Source: an uncultured Acidobacteriota bacterium
GTDB lineage: Bacteria > Acidobacteriota > Thermoanaerobaculia > Multivoradales > SZUA-115
NCBI GenBank assembly: GCA_963805975.1
Contig: CAWDVR010000005.1
Coordinates: 128,001 to 192,000, forward strand
DNA: 64,000 nt
Direction: 5' to 3'
In this document: piece by piece, positions 10,578 through 20,211 of the stretch
How the letters are laid out: each line of letters begins with the position of its first letter
How positions within the stretch are numbered: the stretch's first letter is position 1
Position numbers and translations under genes: made by a program
Notes under the pieces: model-generated
The model's input: only the letters and a program-made list of their open reading frames with translations
What the model was told of the DNA's origin: nothing
The model's database searches: none

Positions 10578-11339
10578 TCAGGCGGTGGCGCCAGGGGTCG
10601 CCCGGATCGCCACCGCGGCGAGCGCCGCGTAGTGCGGCCGGCACTCGGCGAGCAGGGGGAGCAGGCGTTCGGGGAAGGGCTCTGTCTTCGGCCGGTAGGG
10701 GTCGAAGCCGGTCGAGCGGTGGACGGCGTGGTACCAGTGCGGCGCCCACGCGCCGTCGAAAGGCCGCGGCCCGGCCGGCCAGGCGAGCATCTCCTCGTAG
10801 AACGGGATCGAGAGCCGCCCGCAGAGCTCGGTGAGGACGCCGCGGGGATCGAGCAGCACCTCTCGCGCATCGAGGACGGGCGGCTCCTGGCCCAGCACTC
10901 GCAGCTCGGCGAGGAGCTGCGACTGCGCCGCGAGGCCGGTGTCGCGGAGCGTGGGCTCGGGGATCTGGTTCACCAGCGAGGGCAGCATCTCCTGCGGGTC
11001 CCGCACCAGGAGCACGTTCACGGTGCGGGTGAGGAAGCCGTGGTCCAGCTCCACCAGGTGGTGGGCCATCTGCTTGAAGAAGACGACCGGCTGATCCTCT
11101 GCTTCCTCGGGCCGGGGACCGAGAATCACCTCGCGCACCACCGTCTCGCCGTCGGTCTCCATGGCAGCCATCACCTCGGCTGCGCCGGGGTGGTCGGCGC
11201 CCGACACCCGCAGGTAGTGGCCGTAGAGCGGCTCGTCCACCACCCGCGTGTCCGGCCGCTCGCCGAAGGAGTACATCAGGGCCGTGGACACGTTGCGTGG
11301 CCCCGACCAGAGGTTGATGCGCAGAGGCTGCTGGCTCAC
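10578..11339 (-). CDS. Sulfotransferase-like P-loop protein (partner/fusion domain of BCAT-like proteins)
   Basis: LWSGPRNVSTALMYSF, DEPLY, FFKQMAHH, WAPHWYHAVHRSTGF. Confidence 0.85.
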   Translation of the reverse strand: MSQQPLRINLWSGPRNVSTALMYSFGERPDTRVVDEPLYGHYLRVSGADHPGAAEVMAAMETDGETVVREVILGPRPEEAEDQPVVFFKQMAHHLVELDHGFLTRTVNVLLVRDPQEMLPSLVNQIPEPTLRDTGLAAQSQLLAELRVLGQEPPVLDAREVLLDPRGVLTELCGRLSIPFYEEMLAWPAGPRPFDGAWAPHWYHAVHRSTGFDPYRPKTEPFPERLLPLLAECRPHYAALAAVAIRATPGATA

Positions 11340-11460
11340 TGGGTCGGGGATTCTAGCGCGCCGGCAGCCGAGGGGGGGTGTCCCTGGCGAGCAGCGCAGG
11401 CCGCCCGTCAGGGAGCTCGAGCAGCGCAGCCAGGGACACCCCCATCGGCTGTGCGCCCCC

Positions 11461-12813
11461 CTACTTCTCGGTGAGCGCGGTGACGATGTACGAGCCGGAC
11501 CGCTGGTCCTTCTTGAGCTTGATGATGCCCCGGGCCTCGGCGTCCTGGAGCAGCTCGGAGAAGGTGCTGTAGCCGTAGTAGCCCTCGTTGAACGAGGGTT
11601 TCTTGCGCTGCATGGTCTGTTTGATCATCGAGCCCCAGAGCACGTCCTTGTTCTCGCGCATCAGGGCGAGCATGGCGTCGGTCATCAGCTCGAAGACCTC
11701 GGCCTGCTTCTTCGTCAGGCCGGCGAGCTGCGGCGACTTGACCTGATCGCGCCACACGTCCTCGTAGTAGAGGAACTCGTCGCAGTTGCCGATCAGCAGG
11801 TTCGACGAGGCGCCCTTGACGCCCACGCCGATCACGTACTTGTTGTTCTCCTTGAGCTTCGAGACCAGGGGCGAGAAGTCGCTGTCGCCGGAGAGCAGGG
11901 CGAAGGTGTCCAGGTGCTCCTTCGAGTAGCAGAGGTCCATGGCGTCGACCACCATCTTGATGTCGGCGCTGTTCTTGCCGGAGTAGAACTTCTGCGGGAT
12001 GTCGATCAGCTCGATGGCCGCCTCGTGGAAGGCGCGCTTGAACTCGCTGTAGCGCTCCCAGTCGCAGTAGGCCTTCTTGACGATGATCTTGCCCTTTTCG
12101 AGCAGCCGCTCGAGAACCAGATTGATGTCGAACTTCTTGACCTCTTTCGAGTCGCGCACGCCCAGGGCGAGGTTCTCGAGGTCGCAGAAGAGGGCGATCT
12201 TCCGTTCGTCGTTCACGGCGGCGTTCCTTTCCGGGGCCACGGCGACCACCACCTCGCGGGTGAAGGTGCGGCCGTTGTCGGCGGCATCGTCGTCCACCGG
12301 GCGGCGCACGGCACGCTGGCGAACGGGCCGGGGTGCTGCTTCGACGGGTTCCTCGACCGGCTCATCGTCGATCTCCTGATCGTCCTCCGGCAGCACCACC
12401 GCCGCGCGGCCTCGGCCGCGCGTGCCGCGGCGGCGGCGGGTGCGTGCCCGGCCCGCAGCCGATTCGGGGTCGGCAGGGTCGAGCGCAGCCTCGGCCGCGG
12501 AGACCGTCGGCTCGTCCCGAGCCTCGAGCTCCGGCGGCGCGGCTTCGGGCTCGCGTGCGACCGGCCGCTCGCGCGGCAGGGCTCTCTCCCGCGGGAGGGG
12601 CGTCTCGGGCCGGCCCTGGAGCTCATGAAGGGGTGGGGCCGAGGGCTCCGGCGCCATTTCCGGCGGCGCCGCTTCTGGCCGGGCGGGCTCGGGAGCGGGC
12701 GTCTCGGGCCGCGCACCCTCGCGGGCGTGCTCGGCGTCTTGTTGCTTGGGGGGATCGCGGTCGTTCTCTTCGGGCGTCCCTTCGGCGAAGGGGCGCATCC
12801 ACCAGATACTCAC
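11461..12813 (-). CDS. NYN (LabA/DUF88) domain protein with C-terminal OST-HTH and long disordered N-terminus
   Basis: IALFCDLEN, GKNSADIKMVVDAMD, SGDSDFSPL, CDEFLYY, FNEGYYGYSTFSELL. Confidence 0.92.
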   Translation of the reverse strand: MSIWWMRPFAEGTPEENDRDPPKQQDAEHAREGARPETPAPEPARPEAAPPEMAPEPSAPPLHELQGRPETPLPRERALPRERPVAREPEAAPPELEARDEPTVSAAEAALDPADPESAAGRARTRRRRGTRGRGRAAVVLPEDDQEIDDEPVEEPVEAAPRPVRQRAVRRPVDDDAADNGRTFTREVVVAVAPERNAAVNDERKIALFCDLENLALGVRDSKEVKKFDINLVLERLLEKGKIIVKKAYCDWERYSEFKRAFHEAAIELIDIPQKFYSGKNSADIKMVVDAMDLCYSKEHLDTFALLSGDSDFSPLVSKLKENNKYVIGVGVKGASSNLLIGNCDEFLYYEDVWRDQVKSPQLAGLTKKQAEVFELMTDAMLALMRENKDVLWGSMIKQTMQRKKPSFNEGYYGYSTFSELLQDAEARGIIKLKKDQRSGSYIVTALTEK

Positions 12814-12978
12814 GTTTCATGTCTCCTTGCCGCGGGCTGAAGTGCCAGGATGGGATCGATCCAAGAGGTCTGCCTCGCAGGCTTACGCCGTGGCCGGCGC
12901 TGGTTCGGGCCCGGAAGGGGCCGTATTCATGGGGGCGGGATGGGCTTCGAGCCCAATGGCTAGTATAGCCTACGCCGC

Positions 12979-13599
12979 GTGCGCCACACGATCGCGCTCC
13001 TGGTGAGCGGCGCTTCCGGCATGCTCTTGCCGCGCCACTTCCTGGCGCGCCTCGCCTCGCTCGACGCGGTGGAGAGGGTCCACCTGGTGGTCTCGGCCGG
13101 GGCCAGCCGGGTGCTCGCCCACGAGCTGGGCCCCGGCCGCACGAGCGCCGCGGAGCTGCTGGCGGCGGCCGGCCTGGCACCGGCCGAGCGCGAGAAAGTC
13201 GCCATCCACCGCAACAACGAGCTCGACGCGCCCATCGCCTCGGGTTCCTACCCGCTCACCGGCACGGTGGTGCTGCCGTGCAGCGCCGGCACCCTCGGAG
13301 CGCTCGCCACGGGCTCGGCGCGCACGCTCCTCCACCGCGCGGCGGCCGTGGCGCTCAAGGAGCGCTGGCCGCTGGTGCTCGGCTTCCGCGAGACCCCGCT
13401 CTCCCTCGTCCACGTCGAGAACCTGCGCCGCCTGCTCTACGCCGGGGCCACCATCCTGCCGCCGATCCCGGCGTTTTACATCGGCACGGAGGCGGGCGGC
13501 GGCGAGAGCCTCGAACGCTTCCTCGACCACTACGCCCTGCGCGTCTTCGATCACCTGGGTCTCGGGGAGAAGGGCGCGCCGGGGTTGCGATGGGGGTGA
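12979..13599 (+). CDS. ubiX: Flavin prenyltransferase UbiX
   Basis: SGASG, APIASGS, PCSAGTL, LKERWPLVL, RETPLS, PPIPAFY. Confidence 0.95.
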   Translation: MRHTIALLVSGASGMLLPRHFLARLASLDAVERVHLVVSAGASRVLAHELGPGRTSAAELLAAAGLAPAEREKVAIHRNNELDAPIASGSYPLTGTVVLPCSAGTLGALATGSARTLLHRAAAVALKERWPLVLGFRETPLSLVHVENLRRLLYAGATILPPIPAFYIGTEAGGGESLERFLDHYALRVFDHLGLGEKGAPGLRWG

Positions 13600-13618
13600 C
13601 CGCTGCCTCGGGAAGCGG

Positions 13619-14293
13619 CTACTCGCTGGTCGTGAACGTGGTCTCGACGAAGGTGCGATTGCCTTCCTCAGTGATGCTGCCCAGGCCGATCACGTACTCG
13701 GTGCCGGGGATCAGCCAGCCGGCAGGCGGGCTGAACTGAGTCGCTGCGGCGGGAAGGTTGACGGTGAGCACGAGTTCCAGATCTTCTTGCTCGAGCTCCA
13801 GAAAGTAGGCCACCGCGCCTTCGACCGCGGTCCACCGGATGGCCAGCCCCTCGGCCGGGATCTCGGCGCCGTCCTCCGGGAAGGTGACCGTGGCGGGCTC
13901 CGCGAAGTCGTGCGACAGCTCCGCCTCGGCCAGGAGCACCTCGCCGTCGAAGGTTCTGCCGACGAAGCGGTAGGTCCCTTCCGGATAGGCCGCCAGCACC
14001 TCGCCCAGGCTGGGCTCGGGAGTCTCGATCAGAACCTCGCGCGCACCCAGGTTGAGAATGTTGCGCGACTCGTAGCGCACCACCCGCCGGCCGTCGGGCG
14101 CGATGACCAGCAGCCAGCGCAGGCCGCCGTCCTCGGTCTTGAGGTTGATCACCGCCTCGGCGTCCTGGTCCACGACGTTCTGCTCGAGGTGGATCGACGC
14201 CTCCTCGAACTCGTCGGCTCGGGCGAGGCTCGCGCAGGTGAAGAGCGCCGGCAGCATCGGCAGCAGGAACAGCGGGGATTTTATCGCGGGCAT
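13619..14293 (-). CDS. Secreted hypothetical protein (possible Fn3-like C-terminal beta-sandwich)
   Basis: AGGAG RBS, signal peptide MPAIKSPLFLL...ARA. The upstream part of the long ORF is a shadow of the TonB gene. Confidence 0.75.
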   Translation of the reverse strand: MPAIKSPLFLLPMLPALFTCASLARADEFEEASIHLEQNVVDQDAEAVINLKTEDGGLRWLLVIAPDGRRVVRYESRNILNLGAREVLIETPEPSLGEVLAAYPEGTYRFVGRTFDGEVLLAEAELSHDFAEPATVTFPEDGAEIPAEGLAIRWTAVEGAVAYFLELEQEDLELVLTVNLPAAATQFSPPAGWLIPGTEYVIGLGSITEEGNRTFVETTFTTSE

Positions 14294-14345
14294 CTCAGGT
14301 CTCCTTTCTCGGATCGTCTCTCGGGCCGCGGGGCGGCCAGGAGTC

Positions 14346-14382
14346 AATCTAGAGACGCAAGATGAGGAACGGCTGAAGATCG
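14346..14382 (-). promoter_or_regulatory. OmpR-type 11-bp direct-repeat box plus -10 element
   Basis: Minus strand CGATCTTCAGC CGTTCCTCATC-N9-TAGATT, the same layout as the box at 16894. Confidence 0.55.
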
Positions 14383-14390
14383 GGCGCCGG

Positions 14391-16805
14391 CTAGAAATCG
14401 ATCGCGACGGCGGCACGCAGCGAGCGGCCGTACACCTCTTCGAGTGCCGGCCGGCCGGCGTCGCCCGCGTAGAGGCGGAAAGGCTCCGCGGTGAGGTTTC
14501 TCGCCTCGAGCCGCCAGCGCAGACCGGAAGGCAGGGAGTAGGAGAGGGCGCAGTCGAGGCGGCGCTGGTCGTCGCGGAAGAGGTCGTCCTGCCCCGCGAC
14601 GCCGATCTCGGTCCGGTAGGGGCCGGCCCAGGAGAGGGCCAGCGTGCCGGCAAACCCGCCGCGGTCGTAGGCGAGGGCCAGGCGGCCCGACCACGGCGCC
14701 TGCCCCGGCAGGCGGAGCGATCGCGGGTCGCCGTCGGCGAGCCAGGCCGCGGAGCGCGTCCAGGTCGAGCTGGCCTCGAGGCCCCACCCGGACCAGAGCC
14801 CCGCTCCCGCCGGCAGCTGCCAGCGTCCCAGGATCTCGACGCCATAGAGCCGGCCCCGGTCGCCGTTTTCCGGCCGCGTCGCGTCGTAGGTCTCGCCGTC
14901 GAGCACCGCTTCGCCGCGCCGCGAGAAAGTGAAGTCGTCGACCGCGCGATAGAAGACACCGGCGCTCACCGCGCGACCACTTCGCGGCCGCCAGTCGACT
15001 CGTACATCCAGGTTCCACGAGCGCGTGGGCGCGAGGTCCGGGTTGCCCTCTTCGATCTCCAGGTCTTCGGCGTCGACTAGGCGGTAGGGGACGAGGTCGA
15101 AGTAGTCCGGCCGGGCGAAGCCGCGGGTGAGCGCGGCGTGGAGATCGAGGCCGTCGCGCACCGCGAAGCTGGCGTGCAGCATGGGCAGCCAGAGCCCGTA
15201 AGAGCGCTCGCCCTTGAGGGGGCGCAGCGTGGGCTCCGCGCCGTCACCGCCGGCCGTCAGCTCGAAGCCACGGTAGTTCGACCGCGTGTGCTCGTAACGC
15301 AAGCCCGGCAGGAGAGTCAGGCGGCCGAGCTTCAGCTCCGCCTGCGCGTAGCCCGCGGCGGTCGCCTCCACGGCGCGGTAGTCGGCCGCCTCCTCCGCGA
15401 GGCCGGTGGCTGCCGCGGTCCCCAGGCTCGCCAGCAGCCGGCGGGCGCTCTCGGGGTCGATCATCGGCCGGCGCCGGGAGCCGTCACCGGCCGCCGCCCA
15501 GTCGAGCAGGAAGATCCCGGCCTCGGGCCGGAACAGGGCGAGCCCCAGGTCACGCCGCTTGGTCTTGTCCCGCGCCTTGACGCCCATCTTGAAGAGAACC
15601 GAAGGGCTCCCGCCGAGCGGCAGGCTGAGATCGGCGGCGGCGAAGGCGTTGCGCTCCCGGGTCTCGTTGCTCTCGACGCCGATCTTGTCGAGCACGAAGA
15701 GGCCAGGTTCCTCGTTCGAGGGCCGGATGATGCCGCCCTCCGCGGCAAACCGGACCTCCTCCTGCACGAAGCTCGTATCCAAGCGGTCCGGCTCGCGCTC
15801 GGCCGCGGCGTTGTAGCCGAGGGAAAGCTCGAGGAGCCCGGAGGCCGCCGGCAGGGCTCCACGGGCGCCGAGCGCCAGGAGATCGCGCTGGAGCTCGGCG
15901 TCCTTGAGCTCGCGCTCGATCAATCCTTCCGCCACGTCGTCCTTCACCCGCCGGCGCAGCTCGCGCGTTTTGCCGCTGCCCCAGAGAGCGCGCAGCTCGA
16001 GCGCCGTTTTCTGCGAGGGCGTGAAGTCGATCGTCGCCGCGGCCCCGGCGCGCTTGGTCTCGAGCTCGTGCTCGCGCCGCTCGAAGCGCTCCGGCCCCTC
16101 GTCGCCGTAGCGGAGCTCGAAGGCATCCACGCTGCGCTCGCCGCTCTCGGCGCTGCCGGCGGCCAGGATGCCGAGCCGCCCATCCCGGAGGCGTTGCCCG
16201 AAAGCCGCCTGGCCGCCGAAGAGCGGGCCGCCCGAGCGCCCCTCGACCCCGGTCACCGCCTCGAGCGCCCGCAAGCCTGCGGCCGGAGCGCGGCGGGTGA
16301 CGAGCTCGATGGTGCCTCCGACCGCATCGGCGTCGCGGTCGGCAGAGAGGGTTTTCGCCACGGCCACCTCGCCGAGGAGCGCGGCCGGGATCAGCGAGAG
16401 GCCGCCGCTGCGCTCCTCGCCGTTGGGCGATGGCAGGCGCTCGCCGTTCAATGTGGTCGCCACCAGGCGCGCCTCGGAGCCGCGCACCAGCGCCCGGTCG
16501 GCCTCGCCCATTGCCCCTTCGACGACCACTCCCGGCAGGAGCGCCGCCGCGTCGGCGGCGTTGCGGTGGGGAGGCTGCGCCGGCCCACCCGGTTGCAGCC
16601 GGTCCACCACCCCCGGCCGCGCCGCCTCAGCCGGCGCGCGGACGGTGACGGCCTCGCCGAACGCCGCCTCGCCCTCTTCGAGCGACGAGGGCGGGAGAGT
16701 CTCTGCCGGCGGTTGCTGGGCCGGCAGGGAAGAGCCGGGCCACGAGGCCGCGGCGAGAAGGAGCGGGATCGCTCCGCGTCGGAGGAGAAGAACGCGCCGG
16801 TTCAT
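14391..16805 (-). CDS. TonB-dependent receptor
   Basis: Signal peptide, plug (LPGV...VRG...LNGERLP...DADAVGGTI), GNPDLAP, NLT motif, C-terminal Phe. Confidence 0.93.
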   Translation of the reverse strand: MNRRVLLLRRGAIPLLLAAASWPGSSLPAQQPPAETLPPSSLEEGEAAFGEAVTVRAPAEAARPGVVDRLQPGGPAQPPHRNAADAAALLPGVVVEGAMGEADRALVRGSEARLVATTLNGERLPSPNGEERSGGLSLIPAALLGEVAVAKTLSADRDADAVGGTIELVTRRAPAAGLRALEAVTGVEGRSGGPLFGGQAAFGQRLRDGRLGILAAGSAESGERSVDAFELRYGDEGPERFERREHELETKRAGAAATIDFTPSQKTALELRALWGSGKTRELRRRVKDDVAEGLIERELKDAELQRDLLALGARGALPAASGLLELSLGYNAAAEREPDRLDTSFVQEEVRFAAEGGIIRPSNEEPGLFVLDKIGVESNETRERNAFAAADLSLPLGGSPSVLFKMGVKARDKTKRRDLGLALFRPEAGIFLLDWAAAGDGSRRRPMIDPESARRLLASLGTAAATGLAEEAADYRAVEATAAGYAQAELKLGRLTLLPGLRYEHTRSNYRGFELTAGGDGAEPTLRPLKGERSYGLWLPMLHASFAVRDGLDLHAALTRGFARPDYFDLVPYRLVDAEDLEIEEGNPDLAPTRSWNLDVRVDWRPRSGRAVSAGVFYRAVDDFTFSRRGEAVLDGETYDATRPENGDRGRLYGVEILGRWQLPAGAGLWSGWGLEASSTWTRSAAWLADGDPRSLRLPGQAPWSGRLALAYDRGGFAGTLALSWAGPYRTEIGVAGQDDLFRDDQRRLDCALSYSLPSGLRWRLEARNLTAEPFRLYAGDAGRPALEEVYGRSLRAAVAIDF

Positions 16806-16893
16806 CGCTCGAGAGCACTGCGACTCGACCCCTGCGCTTCAGCAGTGCGATTCGACCGCTCGATCCTACATCTCGGCAAGACCATGAGCCGTT

Positions 16894-16930
16894 TCGTCTT
16901 CATCTCGTCTTCATCTTCCTGCTCTAGGCT
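16894..16930 (+). promoter_or_regulatory. Perfect 11-bp tandem repeat (OmpR/PhoB-type box) and -10 of a leaderless promoter
   Basis: TCGTCTTCATC x2 -N9- TAGGCT -N6- ATG. Confidence 0.7.
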
Positions 16931-16936
16931 TCCGCC

Positions 16937-17608
16937 ATGAAGCTGCTGGTGGTCGAAGACTCCGAGCGCCTGCGCAGGTCCCTCGGCAAGGGCCTCGAGC
17001 GGGCCGGCTTCGCGGTCGATCTCACCGCCGACGGCAGCGAAGGGCTCGCCTTCGCCGAGGTCAACGACTACGACGTCATCATCCTGGACCTGATGCTGCC
17101 GCGCATGGACGGCCTGACAGTGCTCCGGGCCCTGCGCCGCCAGGGAAAGAAGACCCACGTCCTCATCCTCTCGGCCAAGGATCAGGTCGCCGATCGCATC
17201 CTCGGTCTGCAGTTGGGTGCCGACGACTACCTCACCAAGCCGTTTTCCTTCGCCGAGCTCTGCGCCCGGGTGCAGGCGCTCGTCCGGCGCCGCTACGGCA
17301 ACAAGAACCCGGTGATCTCTGTCGGCGACCTCGAGGTCGACACCGCGGCGCAGCAGGTCTCGCGCGGTGGCGCCCGGCTGGCGCTCGCGCCCGCCGAGTA
17401 CGCGCTGCTCGAGCTGCTGGTGCTGTCGCGCGGCCGCGTCATCTCGCGCGATCAGATCCTGAACCACCTCTACGACAGCGCCGCGGAGGTGTCGAGCAAC
17501 GTCATCGAGGTCTTGGTCTGCTCCCTGCGCAAGAAGATCCAGCCTGCGGGTTCTCCCCCGGTGATCGTCACCCGCCGGGGCCGCGGCTACCTGGTTGAGG
17601 CCGAGTGA
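16937..17608 (+). CDS. OmpR-family response regulator
   Basis: LVVED, DLMLPRMDG, GADDYLTKPF, winged-helix TRRGRGY. Confidence 0.97.
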   Translation: MKLLVVEDSERLRRSLGKGLERAGFAVDLTADGSEGLAFAEVNDYDVIILDLMLPRMDGLTVLRALRRQGKKTHVLILSAKDQVADRILGLQLGADDYLTKPFSFAELCARVQALVRRRYGNKNPVISVGDLEVDTAAQQVSRGGARLALAPAEYALLELLVLSRGRVISRDQILNHLYDSAAEVSSNVIEVLVCSLRKKIQPAGSPPVIVTRRGRGYLVEAE

Positions 17609-19071
17609 TGCGCTCGATCCGCCGGCGCCTCCTCTGGTCGCTGATCGGCGGCTGCGGCCTCCTGGTGCTGGCCGCCGGCTTCGGGTCGAGCCTCCTGGTC
17701 GAGCGCCACCTGCGTGCCGAGTTCGACCGCTCTCTCCTGACCAAGGCGCAGGCTCTGGTGACGCTCACGGTGCAACAAGCCGGCGAGGTGGAGCTCGATT
17801 TCGCCGACGAGTTCATGCCCGAGTTCGAGGCCCACGAGCCCGTGGAGTACTTCGAGCTCTGGCTGGCCGGCGGTACCGTGCTCGAACGGTCGCGTTCCCT
17901 GGCGGAGCGGGATCTGCCCCGCTTCGCCGACCTGGCGCGCGCGCCGCGCTGCCGCGACCTCCGGCTGCCCGACGGCCGGCCCGGCCGGTTGATCGAGATC
18001 GCCTTCGTGCCGCAGCTCGAGGACGACGCCGCGGTGACCGAGAGCGCCGCCGACCCCGGCGCTCCCCCCGGTGAGCTCACCTCGGCGGTGCTGGTGGTGG
18101 CGCGAGGCCGCGAGGAGCTGGAGACGGTCGTCCACCGGCTCCGCGCAACCACGGTCGGCATCGCGCTCCTGCTCCTGGCGGGGATCGCCGCGCTGGTGCA
18201 TCGGGCCGTGGCGGGCGGGCTCGAGCCGCTGAGCCAAATCGGCCGCCAGGTGCAGGCGCTCGACGCCAGCCGGCTCGGGCGCCGGGTCGCGATCCAGCCG
18301 GCGGTCGCCGAGCTGGCGCCGATCGTGGCGCAGCTCAACGCCTTGCTGGCCCGGCTCGAGGCCGCCCTGGAGCGCGAGCGCCGCTTCTCGAGCGACGTGG
18401 CCCACGAGCTCCGTACGCCGGTCGCCGAGCTGCGCAACCTGGCCGAGGTCGGCGAGCGCTGGCCGGACGACCGCGAATCCGTGCAGGCGTTCTTCGCGGA
18501 CGTGGGCGAGATCGCCAAGCAGATGCAGCGCACCGTGACCACGCTCCTGGCGCTGACGCGCCTGGAGGGTGGGCTCGAGCAGACCGAGGCGGCCGAGCTT
18601 TCCGTGCCGGAGCTGATCACCTCGACCTGGGCCTCGCTGGAGCCGGAGGCCACGGCGCGCGGCCTGCGGCTCGAGCTCGCCGGCGCCGCCCCGCCCATCG
18701 TGGCCGACCGCGAGAAGCTGGGGATCATCCTCGCCAATCTGCTGTCGAACGCCGTGGCCTACAGCCTCCCGGGCAGCACCGTGGCGGCCGGCGTCCGCGT
18801 CGAGGGGGGCGGGCTCGAGATCACCATCGAGAACCCCGCCCCCCACCTCACGCCCTCCGACCTGCCCCTTCTGTTCGAGCGCTTCTGGCGCAAGGACGCT
18901 GCCCGCACCAGCGGCCAGCACACGGGTCTCGGCCTGGCGCTGGCGCGCTCCCTCGCCACCCTCCTGGGCCTCGAGCTGACGGCCGCCCTCTCCCCCGACC
19001 ATCGGCTCACCCTGCGGCTGGCCGGGAAGCTCGGCATGGGCCCGCAACTCAAGAAGAAGGAGACGCCATGA
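17608..19071 (+). CDS. Sensor histidine kinase (CusS/QseC-like)
   Basis: Two TMs, HAMP, DVAHELRTP, NLLSNAV, FERFWR, GLGLA; TGATG coupling to the regulator. Confidence 0.95.
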   Translation: MRSIRRRLLWSLIGGCGLLVLAAGFGSSLLVERHLRAEFDRSLLTKAQALVTLTVQQAGEVELDFADEFMPEFEAHEPVEYFELWLAGGTVLERSRSLAERDLPRFADLARAPRCRDLRLPDGRPGRLIEIAFVPQLEDDAAVTESAADPGAPPGELTSAVLVVARGREELETVVHRLRATTVGIALLLLAGIAALVHRAVAGGLEPLSQIGRQVQALDASRLGRRVAIQPAVAELAPIVAQLNALLARLEAALERERRFSSDVAHELRTPVAELRNLAEVGERWPDDRESVQAFFADVGEIAKQMQRTVTTLLALTRLEGGLEQTEAAELSVPELITSTWASLEPEATARGLRLELAGAAPPIVADREKLGIILANLLSNAVAYSLPGSTVAAGVRVEGGGLEITIENPAPHLTPSDLPLLFERFWRKDAARTSGQHTGLGLALARSLATLLGLELTAALSPDHRLTLRLAGKLGMGPQLKKKETP

Positions 19072-19739
19072 GAAAGATCCTGTGGATGGCCGCGATTCTC
19101 GCGCTGGTATCGCTCTGCGGTCCGGTCGCGAACGCCCAGCCCGATCGCCCCCAGCCCAATCGTCCCGAACCGGGCCGCTTCGATCTCGGCCTGCGCGGCA
19201 ACCTGATGGCCGCCGACGGCGAGCCCGCCAACGACATCCCCGGCTGGGGCCTCTACGGCCACTTCCGGCTGAACGAGCGCTGGCTGCTCGGGTTCGCCGT
19301 GGATCTCGCCGAGTACGACTTCGAGGAGCCGGCGCGAATCGTCGGGTTGACCCAGAGCGCGAGCGTGGAGCCGATCGACGTCATCGCCGAATCGCAGACC
19401 GTGAGCGCCTGGATCGAGCGCACCTACCTGCGCCGGAAGACCGATTGGTTCTGGGGCGCCGGCCTGGGGGTGGCCACGATCGACGTGCCGGATGCGACCG
19501 GCCCGCTCGCGGGTGGCGGGCGCTTCGACATCGTGACCGAGGCGGACACAGAGATCGTGGCACAGCTCCTCGCCGGCTTCTCCCGCCGGCTGGGGAACCG
19601 CTGGGCGCTCGAGTTCGCCGTCCGGGCCGATCAGCACTTCGCCGACTGGAAAGTGACCGATCGCGTCTCCGGGAGGACCGCCGCGGTCGACGACTACCTC
19701 GCCTTCGGCGGCTACCTGGGATTCGTCTTCCGGTTCTGA
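19068..19739 (+). CDS. Outer-membrane beta-barrel protein
   Basis: Signal peptide, alternating amphipathic strands, C-terminal YLGFVFRF; ATGA coupling. Confidence 0.8.
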   Translation: MRKILWMAAILALVSLCGPVANAQPDRPQPNRPEPGRFDLGLRGNLMAADGEPANDIPGWGLYGHFRLNERWLLGFAVDLAEYDFEEPARIVGLTQSASVEPIDVIAESQTVSAWIERTYLRRKTDWFWGAGLGVATIDVPDATGPLAGGGRFDIVTEADTEIVAQLLAGFSRRLGNRWALEFAVRADQHFADWKVTDRVSGRTAAVDDYLAFGGYLGFVFRF

Positions 19740-19770
19740 GCTGCGCCGAGGCGCGGGCTGGTGACAACGC

Positions 19771-19827
19771 GCAGAAACCCCGCAAGCGCCCGATGGGAAA
19801 GCGCGAAGGGCGCGCGGGGTTCCTGCC
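19771..19827. terminator. Long hairpin between convergent genes
   Basis: GCAGAAACCCCGC..GCGCCC...GGGCGC GCGGGGTTCCTGC. Confidence 0.45.
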
Positions 19828-19833
19828 GGCGCG

Positions 19834-20211
19834 CTAGAACGTGCAGCCGTAGGCCGCCATCGAGGTCCGGGCCATCTCCGTCGCCTGCTTGCAGCCTGCC
19901 GCCAGGCCCGCTCTGCCGGCCTCGGTCGAGGCCGCCTGCTGCCAGGCCGAGCGGGTCTGGTCGAGGATGGCACGCACCTGGACGCGGGACGCCTCGGGCA
20001 CGTGGGTGTTCACGCACTCGAGGTACCTCTTGATGTAGTCGTCGCACTCGGCGACGCCGAACGAGGCGACCTCGGTCGAAGCCGGCGGTGGCTCCACCTT
20101 GACGGCCGGAGCCGGCTCCGGGGCCTTGGTGGCGGCCGGTGGGGCGGCCTTCTTTTCGCACGCGGTGAACAGGGTCAGGAAGACCAGGCTCAGCAAAGCT
20201 GCTCTGTGCAT
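19834..20211 (-). CDS. Small lipoprotein with Cys-containing helical domain (DUF5339-like)
   Basis: GAGGAG RBS, lipobox LFTAC, ECDDYIKRYLEC...AGCK...YGC. Confidence 0.75.
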   Translation of the reverse strand: MHRAALLSLVFLTLFTACEKKAAPPAATKAPEPAPAVKVEPPPASTEVASFGVAECDDYIKRYLECVNTHVPEASRVQVRAILDQTRSAWQQAASTEAGRAGLAAGCKQATEMARTSMAAYGCTF

